This document shows positions 49,773 to 59,272 of a DNA stretch of 64,000 bases, in pieces. Numbering within the stretch: the first letter of the stretch is position 1; each line of letters begins with the position of its first letter. The notes under the pieces are model-generated. The model saw only the letters and a program-made list of their open reading frames with translations, was not told the origin of the DNA and made no database searches. The translations under genes and the position numbers were made by a program. Location of the stretch: the NCBI GenBank assembly GCA_963798655.1, contig CAWCUH010000007.1, forward strand, positions 303,423 through 367,422. Reading direction: 5' to 3'. This stretch comes from an uncultured beta proteobacterium (GTDB lineage Bacteria > Pseudomonadota > Gammaproteobacteria > Burkholderiales > Casimicrobiaceae).

Positions 49773-50204
49773 ATGCGCACCCCGCAACCGCTGCAGCGCG
49801 TCGTCGCCGCCGATCCGGTGCTCGCCGCGTGGGACGCACGCCGGCGGCAAGAGGCTGCGCTGACGCACGCCGTGCGCAGCGAATTGCCGCGACAGCTAGC
49901 CGCGCGCATTCGCGTGGCCGACGCACAACGCGAAACGCTCGAGCTTGTGGCCGACAGCGGTGCAGTCGCCGCCGCCGTACGACAGCGGCTGCCCGGCGTG
50001 CTCGAACGCCTTGCGAGGGATGGCCACGAATTTACTGGAATACGCGTGCGCGTGCAAGTTCGCGCCGACGTCGAGGCGGTCCAAAAAAAACCACTGAATC
50101 CGATAGATAGGGACTCGGCCGACGCGCTCGCACGCCTTGCCGACGCGCTTGCCCCAGGCCCGCTACAGCGCGCGCTCGAGCGGCTGCTCAAGCGCGGCCG
50201 ATAG
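49773..50204 (+). CDS. dciA: DciA / DUF721 family protein
   Basis: 143 aa (LELVADSGAVAAAVRQRLPGVLERL), at the conserved position next to secA/lpxC. Confidence 0.65.
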   Translation: MRTPQPLQRVVAADPVLAAWDARRRQEAALTHAVRSELPRQLAARIRVADAQRETLELVADSGAVAAAVRQRLPGVLERLARDGHEFTGIRVRVQVRADVEAVQKKPLNPIDRDSADALARLADALAPGPLQRALERLLKRGR

Positions 50205-50282
50205 TCGATTCAGATCGCGTGCACGTCTCGTCGACCGCGATGTGCATCTACCGCTAGAGCGTCAAAACCGCTGATCTGTCGG

Positions 50283-50468
50283 CTACAAAAACATCATCAG
50301 ACGCTTGAAAAAGTAGAAAATCAGAACGCCGGCGAGCAGCATGATCGTGTACTTGATCGTCTGCGCAATGAAACGCAGATAGCGGCGGTCGCGCGTGAAC
50401 AGGTACAGCAGCGCCGCGACGGCGATCGTCGCCAGCCCGAGAAAGAGAAAGAGGCGGACGATCAGCAC
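50283..50468 (-). CDS. small two-TM membrane protein (hypothetical)
   Basis: 61 aa from GTG 50468: MLIVRLFLFLGLATIAVAALLYLFTRDRRYLRFIAQTIKYTIMLLAGVLIFYFFKRLMMFL. It is hydrophobic and AT-richer than the spurious ORFs, directly downstream of lpxC. Confidence 0.5.
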   Translation of the reverse strand: MLIVRLFLFLGLATIAVAALLYLFTRDRRYLRFIAQTIKYTIMLLAGVLIFYFFKRLMMFL

Positions 50469-50513
50469 GGCTCGAGTCGGGTTTCACGGCCGAAACCCGA
50501 CGCCGCCGGTGCG

Positions 50514-51428
50514 TCACGCGGCGGCGAGACGCCAGTCCTGGAACGCGGCCGGCACGTCGTCGGCCGCGGTGAACGTCGTGATCTCGAACGCGTCGGGACG
50601 CGCGAGCAGAGCGCGGGCGACCGCGTTGTTCAGCGCATGGCCCGGCTTGAACGCCGTGTACAGACCGATCAGCGGATGGCCGAGCAGATACAGGTCGCCG
50701 ATCGCGTCGAGCACCTTGTGCTTGACGAATTCGTTGTCGTAGCGCAGCCCTTCGCTGTTCAGCACGCGCGTCTCGTCCAGCACGACCGCGTTCTGCAGGC
50801 TGCCGCCCAGCGCGAGCCCGGCCGAGCGCATCGCCTCGACATCCTGCATGAAGCCGAACGTGCGCGCCCGCGCGACTTCCTTCACGTACGAATGCTCGGC
50901 GAAGTCGATGACGACGTGCCGATTCTCCGAGCCGAACACCGGATGCGGAAAATCGATGGTGAAATCAAGCTTGAAACCGAAGCACGGCTCGAAGCGCGCC
51001 CACTTGTCGCCGTCGCGCAACTCGACCGGCGCAACGATGCGCAGATAGCGCTTGGGCGCCTTCTGCTCGACGATGCCCGCGGACTTCAGCAGGAACACGA
51101 ACGGCGCCGCGCTGCCGTCCATGATCGGCACCTCGGGACCGGCGACATCGACGTGAAGATTGTCGATACCCACGCCGGCGAGCGCGGACATCACGTGCTC
51201 GACCGTCGAGACGGCCGCGCCGTCGCACTTGAGCGTCGACGAAAGACGCGTGTCGCCGACGTTTTCCGCGCGCGCCGGCAGCGAAACGGGCCGCGCGAGG
51301 TCGACGCGATGGAACACGACGCCGGTATCGGGGGCCGCGGGCCGCAGTGTGAGATCGACGCGAACGCCGGTGTGCAAACCCACGCCGGTCGTCTTGATCG
51401 TGTTCTTGAGCGTGCGCTGTAGGAGCAT
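50514..51428 (-). CDS. lpxC: UDP-3-O-acyl-N-acetylglucosamine deacetylase
   Basis: 304 aa from ATG 51428: [30 protein letters not shown]...[10 protein letters not shown]. Confidence 0.95.
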   Translation of the reverse strand: MLLQRTLKNTIKTTGVGLHTGVRVDLTLRPAAPDTGVVFHRVDLARPVSLPARAENVGDTRLSSTLKCDGAAVSTVEHVMSALAGVGIDNLHVDVAGPEVPIMDGSAAPFVFLLKSAGIVEQKAPKRYLRIVAPVELRDGDKWARFEPCFGFKLDFTIDFPHPVFGSENRHVVIDFAEHSYVKEVARARTFGFMQDVEAMRSAGLALGGSLQNAVVLDETRVLNSEGLRYDNEFVKHKVLDAIGDLYLLGHPLIGLYTAFKPGHALNNAVARALLARPDAFEITTFTAADDVPAAFQDWRLAAA

Positions 51429-51454
51429 GGAGAAGGCGGCGAGCGCCACCCGAA

Positions 51455-51463
51455 ATTGTAGCA
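51455..51463 (-). promoter_or_regulatory. candidate extended -10 promoter element for lpxC
   Basis: The minus sense reads TGcTACAAT, about 27 nt upstream of the lpxC ATG. Confidence 0.35.
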
Positions 51464-51527
51464 CGCAGCGGCGGTCGGTCCGACCGGCCGCGCCCAGGAC
51501 GCCGCCGGTCGCCGCGCAGCGGTTGCG

Positions 51528-52700
51528 TCAGTCCGCCTGCTTGCGCAGGAATGCCGGGATGTCGGCGACGTCGATCGCAGCCGCCGGCGTCGACGGCGCG
51601 CGGCCGCGGCGCATGACCGCCGGCGCGTCGAGGTTCTCGTAGTTGATCGTCTCGACGGTCATCGCGACGTTGTCCGTCCCGGTGCGGGCGAGAACGGGCT
51701 CGACGAGCTGCATCGCCGGCGGCCGCTGCTTGATCGCGCCGGCGGCGCCGCCGAGACCGGTCGCGACCATCGTCACGCGCAGCCGGTCGTCCATTGCGTC
51801 GTCGATGACCGTACCGACGATCACCATCGCGTCCTCGGCGGTGAACTCCTTGATGGTGTTCATCACGTCGTGGTACTCCTTCATCCGCAACCCCGCGGAC
51901 GCGGTGATGTTCACCAGTACGCCGCGTGCGCCGGCGAGGTTGACGTCCTCGAGCAGCGGGCTCTTCACCGCCTGCTGGGCGGCGAGCCGCGCGCGATCGG
52001 CGCCGTCGGCGGTGGCCGAGCCCATCATCGCCATGCCGACTTCGCCCATGACCGTGCGAACGTCCGCGAAGTCGACGTTGACGAGACCTGCGTTGTTGAT
52101 GACCTCCGCGATGCCGGAGACGGCGCCGTGCAGCACGTCGTTCGCGGCTGCATAGGCGTCGAGCACCGACACGTCCTCGCCGAGCACCTGCATCAGCTTG
52201 TCGTTCGGGATGACGATCAGCGAGTCGACCTTCTTGCCGAGCTCCTCGATACCCTGCTGCGCGACCTTCTGCCGCTTGCCCTCGAAGGAGAACGGCCGCG
52301 TGACGACGGCAACCGTCAGGATGTTCATGCTCTTCGCGACGTCGGCGATCACCGGTGCAGCGCCGGTCCCGGTGCCGCCGCCCATGCCGGCGGTGATGAA
52401 CAGCATGTCGGCGCCTTCGATCAGCTCGGCGATGCGGTCGCGGTCCTCGTTCGCCGCGTCGCGACCGATCTCGGGCTTCGCGCCGGCGCCGAGCCCGCGC
52501 GTCAGGTGACTGCCGAGCTGCACCTGCGTGCGCGCGGTCGAGCGCCGCAGCGCCTGCGCGTCGGTATTCGCGCAGATGAACTCGACGCCGCTTAAGGCCC
52601 GATTGATCATGTGCTCGACCGCATTGCCGCCGCAGCCGCCGACGCCGATGACCTTGATGATCGCGCCTTCGTCCAACGCCTGATCGATGATCTCAAACAT
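51528..52700 (-). CDS. ftsZ: cell division GTPase FtsZ
   Basis: 390 aa with GGGTGTGAAPV tubulin signature and the C-terminal DIPAFLRKQAD peptide. Confidence 0.97.
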   Translation of the reverse strand: MFEIIDQALDEGAIIKVIGVGGCGGNAVEHMINRALSGVEFICANTDAQALRRSTARTQVQLGSHLTRGLGAGAKPEIGRDAANEDRDRIAELIEGADMLFITAGMGGGTGTGAAPVIADVAKSMNILTVAVVTRPFSFEGKRQKVAQQGIEELGKKVDSLIVIPNDKLMQVLGEDVSVLDAYAAANDVLHGAVSGIAEVINNAGLVNVDFADVRTVMGEVGMAMMGSATADGADRARLAAQQAVKSPLLEDVNLAGARGVLVNITASAGLRMKEYHDVMNTIKEFTAEDAMVIVGTVIDDAMDDRLRVTMVATGLGGAAGAIKQRPPAMQLVEPVLARTGTDNVAMTVETINYENLDAPAVMRRGRAPSTPAAAIDVADIPAFLRKQAD

Positions 52701-52723
52701 GGTGTGGTCCTTTCTCTCCTGTC

Positions 52724-52751
52724 AACATAGAAACGAAGGCTGCGATGTCAA
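52724..52751 (-). promoter_or_regulatory. candidate sigma70 promoter for ftsZ in the ftsA-ftsZ spacer
   Basis: The minus sense reads TTGACA-N16-TATGTT, followed by the RBS GGAGAGAAAGGA and the ATG. Confidence 0.35.
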
Positions 52752-52775
52752 GCTCGATTTTTAGTGGGTGTTCTG

Positions 52776-52850
52776 CCGAAAACCGACGGGCTTGGCCCGC
52801 GGTTTTCGGGTAACTCTCTTCGGGCCAAAGTAGGAGTTCACTTTGGCCCG
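52776..52850 (-). other. two strong hairpins directly after the ftsA stop
   Basis: Hairpin A is CGGGCCAAAGT (52821-52831) paired with ACTTTGGCCCG (52840-52850), 11 bp. Hairpin B is CCGAAAACCG (52776-52785) paired with CGGTTTTCGG (52800-52809), with an inner GGGC/GCCC pairing. Confidence 0.7.
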
Positions 52851-52853
52851 CTT

Positions 52854-54086
52854 TCAAAAATTTGTCTTGAACCACTGCTTCATCCTTTCCGCGACGCCGC
52901 CGATGCCGCCGCCGCCCGCGCGCATCTGCGCATCTCGCATGAATTGATCGCGACCCTCGATCAGCAGGCCGACCGCGGTCGCATAGCGGGGGCTGCGCAC
53001 GACGTCGGCGAGCCCGCCGACGTACGCCGGCACGCCGACGCGCACCGGCAGATGGAACACTTCCTCGCCGAGCTCGCTCATCCCCTGCATCAGCGCGCTG
53101 CCGCCGGTCAGCACAACGCCGGACGACAAGAGCTCCTCGAAGCCGCTGCGGCGCAGCTCTGCCTGCACGAGCGTGTAGAGCTCCTCGATCCGCGGCTCGA
53201 TCACTTCGGCAAGCATCTGGCGCGACAGCTTGCGCGGCGCGCGCTCGCCGACGCCGGGCACCTCGATCACGTCGTTCACCGCGGCGAGCTGGCGCAGTGC
53301 GCAGCCGTGGCGAAGCTTCAACTCCTCGGCTTCCTTCGTCGGCGTGCGAAGCGTCATCGCGATGTCGTTGGTCACCTGGTCGCCGGCGATCGGGATCACC
53401 GCCGTGTGGCGAATCGCGCCGCCGGTGAACACGGCGATGTCGGTCGTGCCTCCGCCGATATCCATCAGGCAGACGCCGAGCTCCTTTTCGTCGTCGTTCA
53501 GCACGGCGATCGACGAAGCGAGCGGCTGCAGCATCACGTCCTTCACCTCGAGCCCGCAGCGACGCACGCACTTCGTGATGTTCTCGACCGCCGACACCGC
53601 GCCGGTCACGATGTGGACCTTCACTTCGAGGCGCACACCGCTCATCCCGAGCGGTTCGCGGACGTCGTCCTGACCGTCGATGATGAATTCCTGCGGCAGG
53701 ATGTGCAGGATCTGCTGGTCGTTCGGGATCGCGATCGCCTTTGCCGTCTCGACGACACGGTCGATGTCGGCTTGCGTGACCTCCTTTTCCTTGATCGCGA
53801 CCATGCCGCTCGAATTGAGGCTCTTGATGTGGCTGCCTGCGATGCCCGTGTAGACCTCGGTGATGCGGCAGTCCGCCATCAGCTCGACTTCCTCGAGCAC
53901 GCGCTGGATCGACGCCATCGTCGCCTCGATGTTGACGACGACGCCGCGCTTCAGGCCGCGTGATGGTTGCGTGCCGAGGCCGATGATGTTCAACTCGCCG
54001 TCGGCGCCGACCTCGGCGACGATCGCAACGATCTTCGACGTGCCGATGTCGAGGCCGACGATCAGATTCTTGCTGTCCTTGGCCAT
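52854..54086 (-). CDS. ftsA: cell division protein FtsA
   Basis: 410 aa from ATG 54086: MAKDSKNLIVGLDIGTSKIVAIVAEV... (actin-like ATPase). Confidence 0.95.
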   Translation of the reverse strand: MAKDSKNLIVGLDIGTSKIVAIVAEVGADGELNIIGLGTQPSRGLKRGVVVNIEATMASIQRVLEEVELMADCRITEVYTGIAGSHIKSLNSSGMVAIKEKEVTQADIDRVVETAKAIAIPNDQQILHILPQEFIIDGQDDVREPLGMSGVRLEVKVHIVTGAVSAVENITKCVRRCGLEVKDVMLQPLASSIAVLNDDEKELGVCLMDIGGGTTDIAVFTGGAIRHTAVIPIAGDQVTNDIAMTLRTPTKEAEELKLRHGCALRQLAAVNDVIEVPGVGERAPRKLSRQMLAEVIEPRIEELYTLVQAELRRSGFEELLSSGVVLTGGSALMQGMSELGEEVFHLPVRVGVPAYVGGLADVVRSPRYATAVGLLIEGRDQFMRDAQMRAGGGGIGGVAERMKQWFKTNF

Positions 54087-54097
54087 TCGTTCCTTCG

Positions 54098-54841
54098 TCA
54101 GGCAGCCTTCTTCGGCAGCCGCTCCCTGAAGCCCGGTACGCGTACGGCAAACCCGTTGCGATAGCGCAGATCGACCTGCACGACGCCGGTCCCGGCCCGG
54201 CGCAATGCGGCCACCGTGCGCGCGAAGACGCCGGCGAAGCGCTCGAGCCGCGCGGCCGGCTCGTCGCGGCCGAGGTCGATGTCGAGCGGCGCGCCCGCGC
54301 CGTCGGCGCGCAGGTGCCATGAGCCGCGCGGCGACAGGCGCACTTCGGCGAGCGCAAGGCCGATCGGTGCGAGCGTCGCCGTCCATTCGCGGTAGCGTTG
54401 CGCGACGTCGGCGGCGCGTCCGTCCGGGCCCGCGAAGCGCGGCAGCTCGCCGTCGTAGCGGCCGCTGAAAACCTCGCCGGACACATCGACGAGTGCGTCG
54501 TCGTTCCAGCGCGCGAGCGGCACGTGCTCGTCGATGTCGACCTCGAGCCGCCGCGGCCATTGCCTGCGCAGCGACACGCCCCGCACCCACGCGAGCTTTG
54601 CGATCGACGCCTTCGCGCGGTCGAGGTTCATCGTGAAGAACGTGCCGGCGAGCTCGTCGCGAATGACCGCCTCGAGATGCGCGCCGCTCGCGTGCACGAG
54701 CGGCGTGCGCACGACGATCTCGCGAAAGTCGAACGCCGGCGCACGAGCGATCCAGGCAACGAGCGCCCACGCAAGCGCGGCGAGCGCGAGCACGGCGAGC
54801 GTCGCGGCCGTCGCATTGAGCTGGCGCGCGTCATCCCACAT
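54098..54841 (-). CDS. ftsQ: cell division protein FtsQ
   Basis: 247 aa with an N-terminal TM helix and POTRA/FtsQ domains, in dcw synteny. Confidence 0.85.
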   Translation of the reverse strand: MWDDARQLNATAATLAVLALAALAWALVAWIARAPAFDFREIVVRTPLVHASGAHLEAVIRDELAGTFFTMNLDRAKASIAKLAWVRGVSLRRQWPRRLEVDIDEHVPLARWNDDALVDVSGEVFSGRYDGELPRFAGPDGRAADVAQRYREWTATLAPIGLALAEVRLSPRGSWHLRADGAGAPLDIDLGRDEPAARLERFAGVFARTVAALRRAGTGVVQVDLRYRNGFAVRVPGFRERLPKKAA

Positions 54842-55757
54842 GCGCGCCTCGCAGAATCTCGATGCACAGATCGGCGAAGGGGATCTGCGCCTGCCTCGCG
54901 GCCATCGGCACGAGCGAATGAGCGGTCATGCCGGGCGAGGTGTTCAATTCGAGGAACGTGAACGAGCCGTCGTCGCGCACGATCAGGTCGAGCCGGCCCC
55001 AGCCGCGGGCGCCAAGCAGCCGGAACGCATCGAGCGACGCGCGGCGGATCTCGTCCTCCTTCGCGTCGTCGAGGCCGGCCGGGCAGAAATACTTCGTCTC
55101 GTCCGAGAAATACTTGTTGTGATAGTCGTAGTTCCCCTGCGGAGCCTCGATGCGGATCGTCGGCAGCGCGCGCTCGCCGAGGATGGCGACGGTGATCTCG
55201 CGGCCTTCGACGAATTCCTCGATCAGCACCAGGTCGTCGTGCGTCGCCGCTTCGCGATACGCGAGCGCGAGCTCGTCGTGGTCGACGGCGGCGATCTTGG
55301 TGATGCCGATCGTCGAGCCTTCGCGCGCGGGCTTGACGATCAGCGGAAGACCGAGCTCGGCGACCACGCGCATCCAGTCGGTATGCGCAGTCGCGACGCG
55401 ATAGCGCGGCGTAGGCACGCCGCTCGCGAGCCATACGAGCTTCGTGCGCCACTTGTCCATCGCGAGCGCAGAAGCCATCACGCCGCTGCCGGTGTACGGC
55501 ACGCCGAGCACCTCGAGCGCGCCCTGCACGGTGCCGTCCTCGCCGAAGCGTCCGTGCAACGCGATGAAGACGCGATCGAAGCCGTCGCGCTTCAGCTCCC
55601 ACACATCGCGCTCGGCCGGATCGAACGCATGCGCGTCGACGCCTTTTTCGACCAGTGCCTTCAGCACCGCGTTGCCGGACAGGAACGATATCTCGCGCTC
55701 CGACGACGGGCCGCCCATCAGCACCGCGACCTTGCCGAATTCAGTGTCGTCGCTCAC
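54831..55757 (-). CDS. ddl: D-alanine--D-alanine ligase (GTG start)
   Basis: 308 aa: MSDDTEFGKVAVLMGGPSSEREISFLSGNAVLKAL... (ATP-grasp). Confidence 0.9.
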   Translation of the reverse strand: MSDDTEFGKVAVLMGGPSSEREISFLSGNAVLKALVEKGVDAHAFDPAERDVWELKRDGFDRVFIALHGRFGEDGTVQGALEVLGVPYTGSGVMASALAMDKWRTKLVWLASGVPTPRYRVATAHTDWMRVVAELGLPLIVKPAREGSTIGITKIAAVDHDELALAYREAATHDDLVLIEEFVEGREITVAILGERALPTIRIEAPQGNYDYHNKYFSDETKYFCPAGLDDAKEDEIRRASLDAFRLLGARGWGRLDLIVRDDGSFTFLELNTSPGMTAHSLVPMAARQAQIPFADLCIEILRGAHVG

Positions 55758-55876
55758 TTGCTTGTCCGCGTGCGAGGTTGGTCTACCGGGCGGCCGCTTC
55801 GCCCTCCCGCACCGGCTGCTCCGCAGGTACCGCGTCGGGCTCGCCCGCCCATCAGCACCGCGACCTTGCCGAATTC
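55711..55876. repeat. 32-bp perfect direct repeat (period 134 bp) duplicating the ddl 5' coding end
   Basis: CCGCCCATCAGCACCGCGACCTTGCCGAATTC occurs at 55711-55742 and again at 55845-55876. Confidence 0.9.
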
Positions 55877-55887
55877 GTCACCGCTAC

Positions 55888-56808
55888 TCATTTCGCGACT
55901 TCTCCGACGATGCGCACTTCGGGCTCGAGCTCGACACCGGTCCGCTCGCGGACGACACGGCGCACGTGCGCGATCAGAGACTCGATATCGGCGGCGCGCG
56001 CGCGGCCACCTGGGTTGACGATGAAGTTCGCGTGCTTTTCGGATACGCGCGCACCGCCGATCGCGAATCCCTTGAGGCCGCAGCTTTCGATCAATCGTGC
56101 CGCGTGGTCCTCCTGCGGATTGCGGAACACGCTGCCCGCGTTCGGGATCTCGAGCGGCTGCGTCGCGATCCGTCGCTTGAGGAAGGCGCGGATCGTCGCG
56201 CGCGCGTCGTCCATGTCGCCCGGCGGAAAGTCGAACCACGCGGCGGTGAAGATGCCGTCCGGCGGCGTATCGCCGGCACCGTGCACGCTGCGGTAGCCGA
56301 TCGAATAGTGCGCGCGCTTGCGCAACTCGAACTCGCCGGCGCGCGTCAGCACCTCGACCCGCGCGACGTAGGTCCATGTCTCGCCGCCGTAGCAGCCGGC
56401 GTTCATCGCAAGCGCGCCGCCGATCGTCCCCGGAATGCCGGCGAGGAATTCGGCGCTGCCGCGCGCGTGCAGCGCGGCGAAGCGGGCGACCTTCGGGCTC
56501 GCGACACCCGCGTCGGCGTAGACGAATCCGTCGCGCCACTCGACCATCGCGTGCGTCGAGTGCATGACCACGGTGGCGCCGCGCACGCCGCCGTCGCGCA
56601 CGAGCACGTTGCTGCCGAGGCCGATGACCGTCAGCGGCTCGCCCGGCGGCCACGCACGCACGAACGCCGCGAGATCGTCGCGGTCCGCGGGCAGGTAGAG
56701 CAAGTCCGCGGGGCCGCCGCAGCGCCAGCTCGTATAGCGCGCGAGCGGCGCATCGCGCCGCAGCGTTCCGCGCAGCGCATCGAGCCGGGGCGCGTCGTTC
56801 ATCATCAT
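55888..56808 (-). CDS. murB: UDP-N-acetylenolpyruvoylglucosamine reductase
   Basis: 306 aa from ATG 56808 (ATGA overlap with the murC stop): [24 protein letters not shown]. Confidence 0.9.
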   Translation of the reverse strand: MMMNDAPRLDALRGTLRRDAPLARYTSWRCGGPADLLYLPADRDDLAAFVRAWPPGEPLTVIGLGSNVLVRDGGVRGATVVMHSTHAMVEWRDGFVYADAGVASPKVARFAALHARGSAEFLAGIPGTIGGALAMNAGCYGGETWTYVARVEVLTRAGEFELRKRAHYSIGYRSVHGAGDTPPDGIFTAAWFDFPPGDMDDARATIRAFLKRRIATQPLEIPNAGSVFRNPQEDHAARLIESCGLKGFAIGGARVSEKHANFIVNPGGRARAADIESLIAHVRRVVRERTGVELEPEVRIVGEVAK

Positions 56809-58193
56809 GCCGGCGCCGCCGTCAGTTGCACCGCCACCTGGCCGATCGAGCCCGCGCCCATCGTCAGCACGACGTCGCCGTCGCGCACGATCGTGCGCAG
56901 TGCGTTCGGCACGTCGGCAATGCTCTCGACGAACACCGGCTCGATCCTGCCCGCGACGCGAAGCGCGCGCGCGAGCGCACGGCCGTCGGCTGCGACCAGC
57001 GGCGATTCGCCGGCCGGATAGACGTCGGCGAGCACGAGCGCGTCGACCGTCGAAAGAACGCGGACGAAATCCTCGAACAGATCGCGCGTGCGCGTGTAGC
57101 GATGCGGTTGAAAGGCGAGCACGAGCCGCCGTGCAGGAAAGCTCGCGCGCGCGGCCGCAAGCGTCGCCTCCATCTCTGCCGGATGGTGGCCGTAATCGTC
57201 GATCAGCGTGAAGCTTCCGCCGCCGTCGATCGCGACGTCGCCGTAGCGCTGGAACCGCCGGCCGACGCCGCGGAACTCCGCCAGCGCAGCCGCGATCGCG
57301 CGATCGTCGACTCCGACCTCGCGTCCGACAGCGATCGCGGCGAGCGCGTTCCGCACGTTGTGCACGCCGGCGAGGTTCAACTCGACGGCGAGGTCGAGCG
57401 ACTTCGCCGCGCGCGCGACGAAGCGCATGCGGCCGCCGATGTTCTCGACGTCCGTCGCGCGAAGCTGCGCGTCGTCGCGCAGGCCGTAGGTGACGATCGG
57501 CTTGGTGATCGACGGCAGGATCTCGCGCACGTTCGCGTCGTCGACGCACACGACCGCGATGCCGTAGAACGGCAGACGCTGCGCGAAATCGACGAAGGCG
57601 CGCGACAGGCGGGCGAAATCGTGCCCGTACGTTTCCATGTGGTCGGCGTCGATGTTCGTGATGACGGCGAGCGCGGGCTGCAGATAGAGGAACGACGCGT
57701 CCGATTCGTCCGCTTCGGCGACGAGGAAATCACCGTGGCCGAGCCGCGCGTTGGCGTCCGCGGACAACAGGCGGCCGCCGATGACGAACGTCGGGTCGAG
57801 GCCGCCCTCCGCGAGGACCGAAGCGATCAGGCTGGTCGTCGTCGTCTTGCCGTGCGTGCCCGCGACAGCGATCCCTTGCTTCAACCGCATCAGCTCGGCC
57901 AGCATCAGCGCGCGCGGAACGACCGGAATGCCGGCGGCGCGCGCCGCGACGACTTCGGCATTGTCGTTCGCGACCGCCGTCGAGACGACGACGGCGTCGG
58001 CGCCGGCGACGTTCGTCGCCGCATGGCCGATCGTGATCGCGACGCCGAGCGAGCCCAGCCGTCGCGTCACGGCGCTCGCCGCGAGATCCGAGCCGGACAC
58101 GTGGTAGCCCTGCGTCGCAAGCACCTCCGCGATGCCGCTCATGCCGGCGCCGCCGATGCCGACGAAGTGCACGCGCTTGACCTTGTGCTTCAT
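56805..58193 (-). CDS. murC: UDP-N-acetylmuramate--L-alanine ligase
   Basis: 462 aa: [25 protein letters not shown]...GTHGKTTTT. Confidence 0.95.
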   Translation of the reverse strand: MKHKVKRVHFVGIGGAGMSGIAEVLATQGYHVSGSDLAASAVTRRLGSLGVAITIGHAATNVAGADAVVVSTAVANDNAEVVAARAAGIPVVPRALMLAELMRLKQGIAVAGTHGKTTTTSLIASVLAEGGLDPTFVIGGRLLSADANARLGHGDFLVAEADESDASFLYLQPALAVITNIDADHMETYGHDFARLSRAFVDFAQRLPFYGIAVVCVDDANVREILPSITKPIVTYGLRDDAQLRATDVENIGGRMRFVARAAKSLDLAVELNLAGVHNVRNALAAIAVGREVGVDDRAIAAALAEFRGVGRRFQRYGDVAIDGGGSFTLIDDYGHHPAEMEATLAAARASFPARRLVLAFQPHRYTRTRDLFEDFVRVLSTVDALVLADVYPAGESPLVAADGRALARALRVAGRIEPVFVESIADVPNALRTIVRDGDVVLTMGAGSIGQVAVQLTAAPA

Positions 58194-59272
58194 GCGACGC
58201 GCGCAAGCGTGAGACAGACATCGGCGACGCGCTCGGTCGCGCCGATCTTGCGCAGCGCGCGGGCGGCTGTCGCCATCGCGAGCAGTCGCTCGCGCGTCGC
58301 CTGCTGCAGCCATCGCGCAAGGCGCTCGGGCGTCAGGTCGCGCTGCAGGATCATCTCGGCCGCGCCGCGCCCGGCAAGCTCGCGCGCGTTGTCTACCTGA
58401 TGGTCGTCGGCGGCGAACGGGAATGGCACGAGCACGCTGGCAGCTCCGACGGCGGCGAGCTCGGCGATCGTCGTCGCGCCGGACCGGCACACGACGACGT
58501 CGGCGTGCGCGTATCGCGCGGCCATGTCGTCGATGAACGGCAGGCATTCGGCGTCGACACCGGCATTCGCGTACGCGGCGCGCAGCATGTCGATGTGCTG
58601 CTCGCCCGCCTGATGGACGACGTGCGGCCGCGCGTCGCGCGCGATCAGCGCGAGCGCCTTCGGCACGCGCTCGTTCAACGCTTGCGCGCCGAGGCTGCCG
58701 CCGACGACGAGCATGTTGAGCGGCCCGCTGCGCCCCTCGAATCGCTGCTCCGGCGGTGGCACCGCGGTTATCTCGGCGCGCAGCGGATTGCCGACCCACT
58801 GCGGATTGCCGTCGGCGGTCGCGCCGAACGTGCCAGGAAATCCCGTCAGCACGCGATCGGCGCCGAAGCGCAGCACGCGATTGGCGAGCCCGGGCCGCGC
58901 ATCGAGGTTGTGAATGACGAGCGCACGATTCTGCGCGACCGCCATCAGCGCGCCGGGAAAGGAAACGAAGCCTCCGAAGCCCACGACGACGTTCGGCCGG
59001 CGCCGCTTGAGCACGCGCCGCGCCTGCCAGCACGCGTAGAGGATCGCGTACGGCCCGAGCAACAGCCGTGCGAGCCCCTTGCCGCGCACGCCACGAAAAT
59101 CGAGCGCTTCGAAGTCGACGCCGTTCTTCGGCACCAGGCGTGACTCCATGCCGTCGCGCGTGCCGAGCCAGAACACGCGCGCGCCGCGGCCCTTCAATTC
59201 GTTCGCGACCGCCAGTCCCGGGAAGACATGGCCGCCGGTGCCGCCGGTCGTGATCATCACGGTGGCCGTCAT
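58190..59272 (-). CDS. murG: undecaprenyldiphospho-muramoylpentapeptide beta-N-acetylglucosaminyltransferase
   Basis: 360 aa: [19 protein letters not shown]. Confidence 0.95.
   Translation of the reverse strand: MTATVMITTGGTGGHVFPGLAVANELKGRGARVFWLGTRDGMESRLVPKNGVDFEALDFRGVRGKGLARLLLGPYAILYACWQARRVLKRRRPNVVVGFGGFVSFPGALMAVAQNRALVIHNLDARPGLANRVLRFGADRVLTGFPGTFGATADGNPQWVGNPLRAEITAVPPPEQRFEGRSGPLNMLVVGGSLGAQALNERVPKALALIARDARPHVVHQAGEQHIDMLRAAYANAGVDAECLPFIDDMAARYAHADVVVCRSGATTIAELAAVGAASVLVPFPFAADDHQVDNARELAGRGAAEMILQRDLTPERLARWLQQATRERLLAMATAARALRKIGATERVADVCLTLARVA

Noticed and set aside
50083-50090. An A8 homopolymer inside dciA as a possible phase-variation tract.
   Set aside because: It is in frame (QKKP) and the ORF is intact. 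A single tract with no supporting variation data is not evidence of phase variation.
55742-55876. EcoRI (x2), KpnI and NotI sites clustered in the murB-ddl insert, as a possible sign of engineering.
   Set aside because: GC-only 6-8-mers are frequent by chance at this base composition. The two EcoRI sites simply reflect the duplication. There are no vector-like or marker sequences.
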